Positions 26,354 to 29,271 of a DNA stretch of 29,271 nt are shown here, one piece after another (positions within the stretch are counted from its first letter, which is position 1; the number at the start of each line of letters is the position of its first letter). The notes below the pieces were generated by a model. It was not told the DNA's origin, did no database searches, and saw nothing but the letters and a program-made list of their open reading frames with translations. Source of the DNA: Promethearchaeota archaeon (GTDB lineage Archaea; Asgardarchaeota; Hermodarchaeia; Hermodarchaeales; Hermodarchaeaceae); contig JBHLPH010000012.1 in assembly GCA_048939625.1 (NCBI GenBank), positions 33,086 through 62,356 on the forward strand, written 5' to 3'. The translations under genes and the position numbers were made by a program.

Positions 26354-27013
26354 GTGACGTCACAAAACAAGCTATCCCCAATAGTAACAGGGACACGCCG
26401 ACTCATCCTCGAATCCCTGCTACGAACCGACGTCAATGCTGTCACTCTTGCAGAAAATCTTGGAATCAACATCAGTGCGATTCGTGGTCATTTGGACGTA
26501 TTGGAACTCGCTGGACTCATCTTCTCAACCTATCAACACGCAACACGTGGGCGGCCCAAACGCCTCTACACCCTAACACCATTAGCTTACTCTCTGTTTC
26601 CAACACAAACGACATCGTTTCTTGAAGCCCTCTTCCAGGTTCTTGTTCGATCTTTGGATGCGAAAACGACCAACACGCTCATTCGTCAAGTAGTAACCCG
26701 AGTATGGCAGCAAATCCTCCCTGACACACCCACTGGAAATCTCCAAGATCGACTTATCAGAATCGTTGAAGCATTAGATCAGTTTGGATTCTATGTTTCC
26801 TTTGACCAGATAGGGCAACAACAAACCATTGTTATTCACAACAACGTGTTCCAGTCAGCATTAGCTGTCCTTCCTGATGCACTGGCAACCCAGTTTCATC
26901 AGGATTTTTGGAATCGTCTGAGTCAGCTGTTGGAAGGCATACGTGTTCGGGTCGATCCAGCTGAGGCGCGCCAGCATCGTTTTCGTGTTTTCATCGAGGA
27001 GAGACGGGAGTAA
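26354..27013 (+). CDS. Winged-HTH transcriptional regulator (ArsR-like, COG2345/SufR-like architecture)
   Basis: RRLILESL...LAENLGINISAIRGHLDVLELAGLI...RGRPKRLYTLT. Confidence 0.85.
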   Translation: MTSQNKLSPIVTGTRRLILESLLRTDVNAVTLAENLGINISAIRGHLDVLELAGLIFSTYQHATRGRPKRLYTLTPLAYSLFPTQTTSFLEALFQVLVRSLDAKTTNTLIRQVVTRVWQQILPDTPTGNLQDRLIRIVEALDQFGFYVSFDQIGQQQTIVIHNNVFQSALAVLPDALATQFHQDFWNRLSQLLEGIRVRVDPAEARQHRFRVFIEERRE

Positions 27014-27019
27014 TGAATC

Positions 27020-27388
27020 ATGTCAATAAGCAAAGTAAAGAAAAACGTCGGCAAAGACGAGAAAATTAGTGACCGCCTTCTTGAAATCGGGAAGGACTAT
27101 TTAGCGGGCCACACCTTGTCGGCTCTCACTCAACTGTCAACTGTTGGAACCCTTGAATTCTCCGATGCCTTCTACGTTCTCGATAAGCTGGGACCAACTC
27201 TCACTCGCCGTGAGCAACGCCTCCTCTTGGATTTACTCACTGAGGTTGTGGTTCTAAGTCAATGCGATGTTGGAATGGACAAGCATGTTCTTCGAGATTA
27301 CCTGAAAAAACGGATTCGAAATAGTGGGAACTTTGGGGAATTCATCTTTCAAATCATCCAACAGGTGAACGGACTTCATCACACCTAA
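27020..27388 (+). CDS. Hypothetical protein (predicted helical)
   Basis: 122-aa ORF 6 nt downstream of the regulator, SD-like GGGAG; no recognisable motif. Confidence 0.65.
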   Translation: MSISKVKKNVGKDEKISDRLLEIGKDYLAGHTLSALTQLSTVGTLEFSDAFYVLDKLGPTLTRREQRLLLDLLTEVVVLSQCDVGMDKHVLRDYLKKRIRNSGNFGEFIFQIIQQVNGLHHT

Positions 27389-27448
27389 TTACAAACCGAA
27401 AGATAACAAAGTTAATGTTTCTACTCATCATCCTAGCCTTGGAAGTCA

Positions 27449-28738
27449 ATGCAATACGAAAAAATTCAAGCCAAGACACTGTTATCCAAACTACATTATG
27501 GTGATACATGGTTTCACAGCCACCGCCACATGAACTCATATCGAGGTTGTGAACACGGGTGTGTGTACTGCGATGGAAACTGCCAGTATTATCGCATCGA
27601 CAATTTTTACACCCACATCCGAATAAAAGAAAATGCCCCACAAATTCTTCGCAAAGAACTAGAACGAGCGAAGTTACGATCTCAAAGTCGTGTTAAATCG
27701 GAAACATTGGTTCGATTCCTCAACGACAAAGATGCGTCGAAATTAATTGATCAGGGGCCACAAAAAATCATTGTAGGAATTTCGGGAGGGGTTTCAGATG
27801 CCTATCAGCAGGCTGAAGAGGAGTATCGTATCACGCGCCAGGTGCTGGAAACCCTCCACGATTTTCGTTTACCAGTTTTTATCTTGACAAAATCTGCTTC
27901 GGTTTTGGAGGATTTGGATTTGCTGAAGGAGATACATGAACAAGCCTTTGTGAATGTCTGTTTTAGCATCACATTGCATGATGAAGAGATGAAGACGATA
28001 TTTGAGCCCAAGTCCTCGGCAACCTGGGAAAGATTTGCAGCGCTAAAAGAGATTCGAAGGGCTGGATTATTTGGAGGCGTTTATGCCTATCCTTGCATAC
28101 CCACGATTGGCGATTCCATTGAGAACATGGAGGGACTAGCGAAAGATGCGAAGAAAGCTGAGGCAGAGTTTATCCTCTTTTCGGGGATGACCCTCAAGCC
28201 AGGACGCCAGAAAGCCTATTTCTTCAATGTCGTCCGACGACAGGTTCCCGAATCCTTTGATTTGCTGCAGCAGATATATGCAAATAATCACACTTATGGC
28301 TATCCAATCATGGACCTGCTGCCTGTTAATGTAATGATTCAAGGACGGCAAATCTGCAAGGAAGTGGGGATTTCAGATCGTTCTCTACGGCATAAAATAC
28401 CAGGTGAATCTCCCCTCAACATTAAGGTTCTCAATTCGCTACTTGATATTGTGTTTTACCAGTCAATGGTGTTGGGAAAGCACCGAGAGACTTGGCAACC
28501 GTATCTTCATGCGGCTATTCAAATCGAGAGAAGCAATAGCGAAATAGCCGACCTTATCCAACAAGGTGTCCTAGAAGAGCAGCTCGGGATACATTCTGCC
28601 ATCGCTGAGGAAATTCAAGAAATATTGTCCAAAGGAACAGGTCCGATTTTAGAGCAAACCAAAAAGGAACTCGACAATCTAGGGAAAACACGCTCATTGC
28701 GCAACAGAGAAAAGGACCACAAACGAGTGAAAAGTTGA
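27449..28738 (+). CDS. Radical SAM protein (SplB/Rv2578c-like) with C-terminal helix-hairpin-helix (Pol X 8-kDa-like) domain
   Basis: YRGCEHGCVYC (CxxxCxxC), DAYQQAEEEYRITR, ILTKS, SIT...FEP. C-terminus PYLHAAIQIE...LGIHSAIAEEIQEILSKG. Confidence 0.88.
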   Translation: MQYEKIQAKTLLSKLHYGDTWFHSHRHMNSYRGCEHGCVYCDGNCQYYRIDNFYTHIRIKENAPQILRKELERAKLRSQSRVKSETLVRFLNDKDASKLIDQGPQKIIVGISGGVSDAYQQAEEEYRITRQVLETLHDFRLPVFILTKSASVLEDLDLLKEIHEQAFVNVCFSITLHDEEMKTIFEPKSSATWERFAALKEIRRAGLFGGVYAYPCIPTIGDSIENMEGLAKDAKKAEAEFILFSGMTLKPGRQKAYFFNVVRRQVPESFDLLQQIYANNHTYGYPIMDLLPVNVMIQGRQICKEVGISDRSLRHKIPGESPLNIKVLNSLLDIVFYQSMVLGKHRETWQPYLHAAIQIERSNSEIADLIQQGVLEEQLGIHSAIAEEIQEILSKGTGPILEQTKKELDNLGKTRSLRNREKDHKRVKS

Positions 28739-29271
28739 GGCGAGAGATTATTCCGGAAGAATGCTGGTATTGTGGAAAGTCTGTTGAGCGTGACGAACAA
28801 GGTCAATGCCCGAATTGCCAATCCCAGCTCACACGATTCGATATGAAGCTTCGAATTGTGGATGAAGCCAAGGATTCTACGGATCCCTACAGAGTAGTGG
28901 TAAATTCTCTGGATCCAGTTAAACAGAAAGAAGCTGAAATGGCGACGCAATTTCACGCCTGGCTGAAAGATAAACAATTGCTTCCTGGTGGTTATACAAT
29001 CACCTCTCAAACTGCATTAATGGGCGATTTGTCTCGCCAAGAATTTGGACTCAAACTTTTAATCGTGGCCGATAAAGACCTCGACCTCACGAATCTCCTT
29101 GAACGATCACACTTTGAAATCAGCCCTTCTGATTACCGAGCAACCCTTGGATTCAGCCTCTCCTTTCGTGATTATGAGAATGCTGAAAACAGGGTTCGAG
29201 TTCTTGCTTGGAATATCCTTCCACCCCATATCCCTTATTTTCTCACTCATTATCGGGGAGCCCATGGAACC
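28735..29271 (+). CDS. Zn-ribbon plus degenerate Rab-like small GTPase domain protein, 3'-truncated by window edge
   Basis: Hand-translated; absent from the ORF track because there is no stop. TTG 28735 overlaps the radical SAM stop and the frame stays open for 179 codons: MRREIIPEECWYCGK...QCPNCQ...FGLKLLIVADKDLDLTNLLER...DYRATLGFSLSFRDY...VRVLAWNILP...THYRGAHG. Confidence 0.8.
   Translation, partial: MRREIIPEECWYCGKSVERDEQGQCPNCQSQLTRFDMKLRIVDEAKDSTDPYRVVVNSLDPVKQKEAEMATQFHAWLKDKQLLPGGYTITSQTALMGDLSRQEFGLKLLIVADKDLDLTNLLERSHFEISPSDYRATLGFSLSFRDYENAENRVRVLAWNILPPHIPYFLTHYRGAHGT

Noticed and set aside
431-29010. Numerous short antisense or overlapping ORFs in the track (e.g. 2758-3192, 14819-15223, 18861-19374, 28615-29010)
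   Set aside because: They lie opposite or out of frame within well-supported genes and have no recognisable motifs.

Overview
Archaeal genomic window, probably from an Asgard-type lineage. This is inferred from the archaeal CdhA-type CODH/ACS genes, GGTGA/GGAGG SD sites, TATA-like promoters and a Rab-like protein. From left to right it holds two tandem ICMT/PEMT-family methyltransferases, an amidohydrolase, and a cdhA-cdhB-cdhC-cdhD cluster that stops without cdhE or cooC. Next come thioredoxin reductase, a DUF4185 protein, two HdeD/DUF308 paralogues, a frameshifted DsrE-like gene, two small Cys-rich proteins, a nucleoside phosphorylase, a hot-dog thioesterase, an Fpg/Nei glycosylase and an alpha/beta hydrolase. 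The right half has an ABC-2 exporter operon, GNAT, MBL hydrolase, flavin reductase, PadR with a MacB-like ABC system, and a HTH / hypothetical / radical SAM-HhH / Zn-ribbon run. The most striking signals are not in the ORF track. (1) A ~429-nt, multi-helix candidate ncRNA at 20045-20473, probably on the minus strand, is bracketed by two near-identical 20-bp palindromic direct repeats. (2) A ~100-nt hairpin/pseudoknot candidate RNA lies at 15892-15992. (3) An uncalled ORF at the right edge (28735->29271) fuses a Zn ribbon to a Rab-like GTPase domain whose G1 and G3 motifs are destroyed. (4) There is also a G7-tract frameshift in the DsrE gene, a tRNA 3'-end fragment and a small Lys-rich ORF with a strong SD. 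All calls are by eye; no database searches or folding programs were run.
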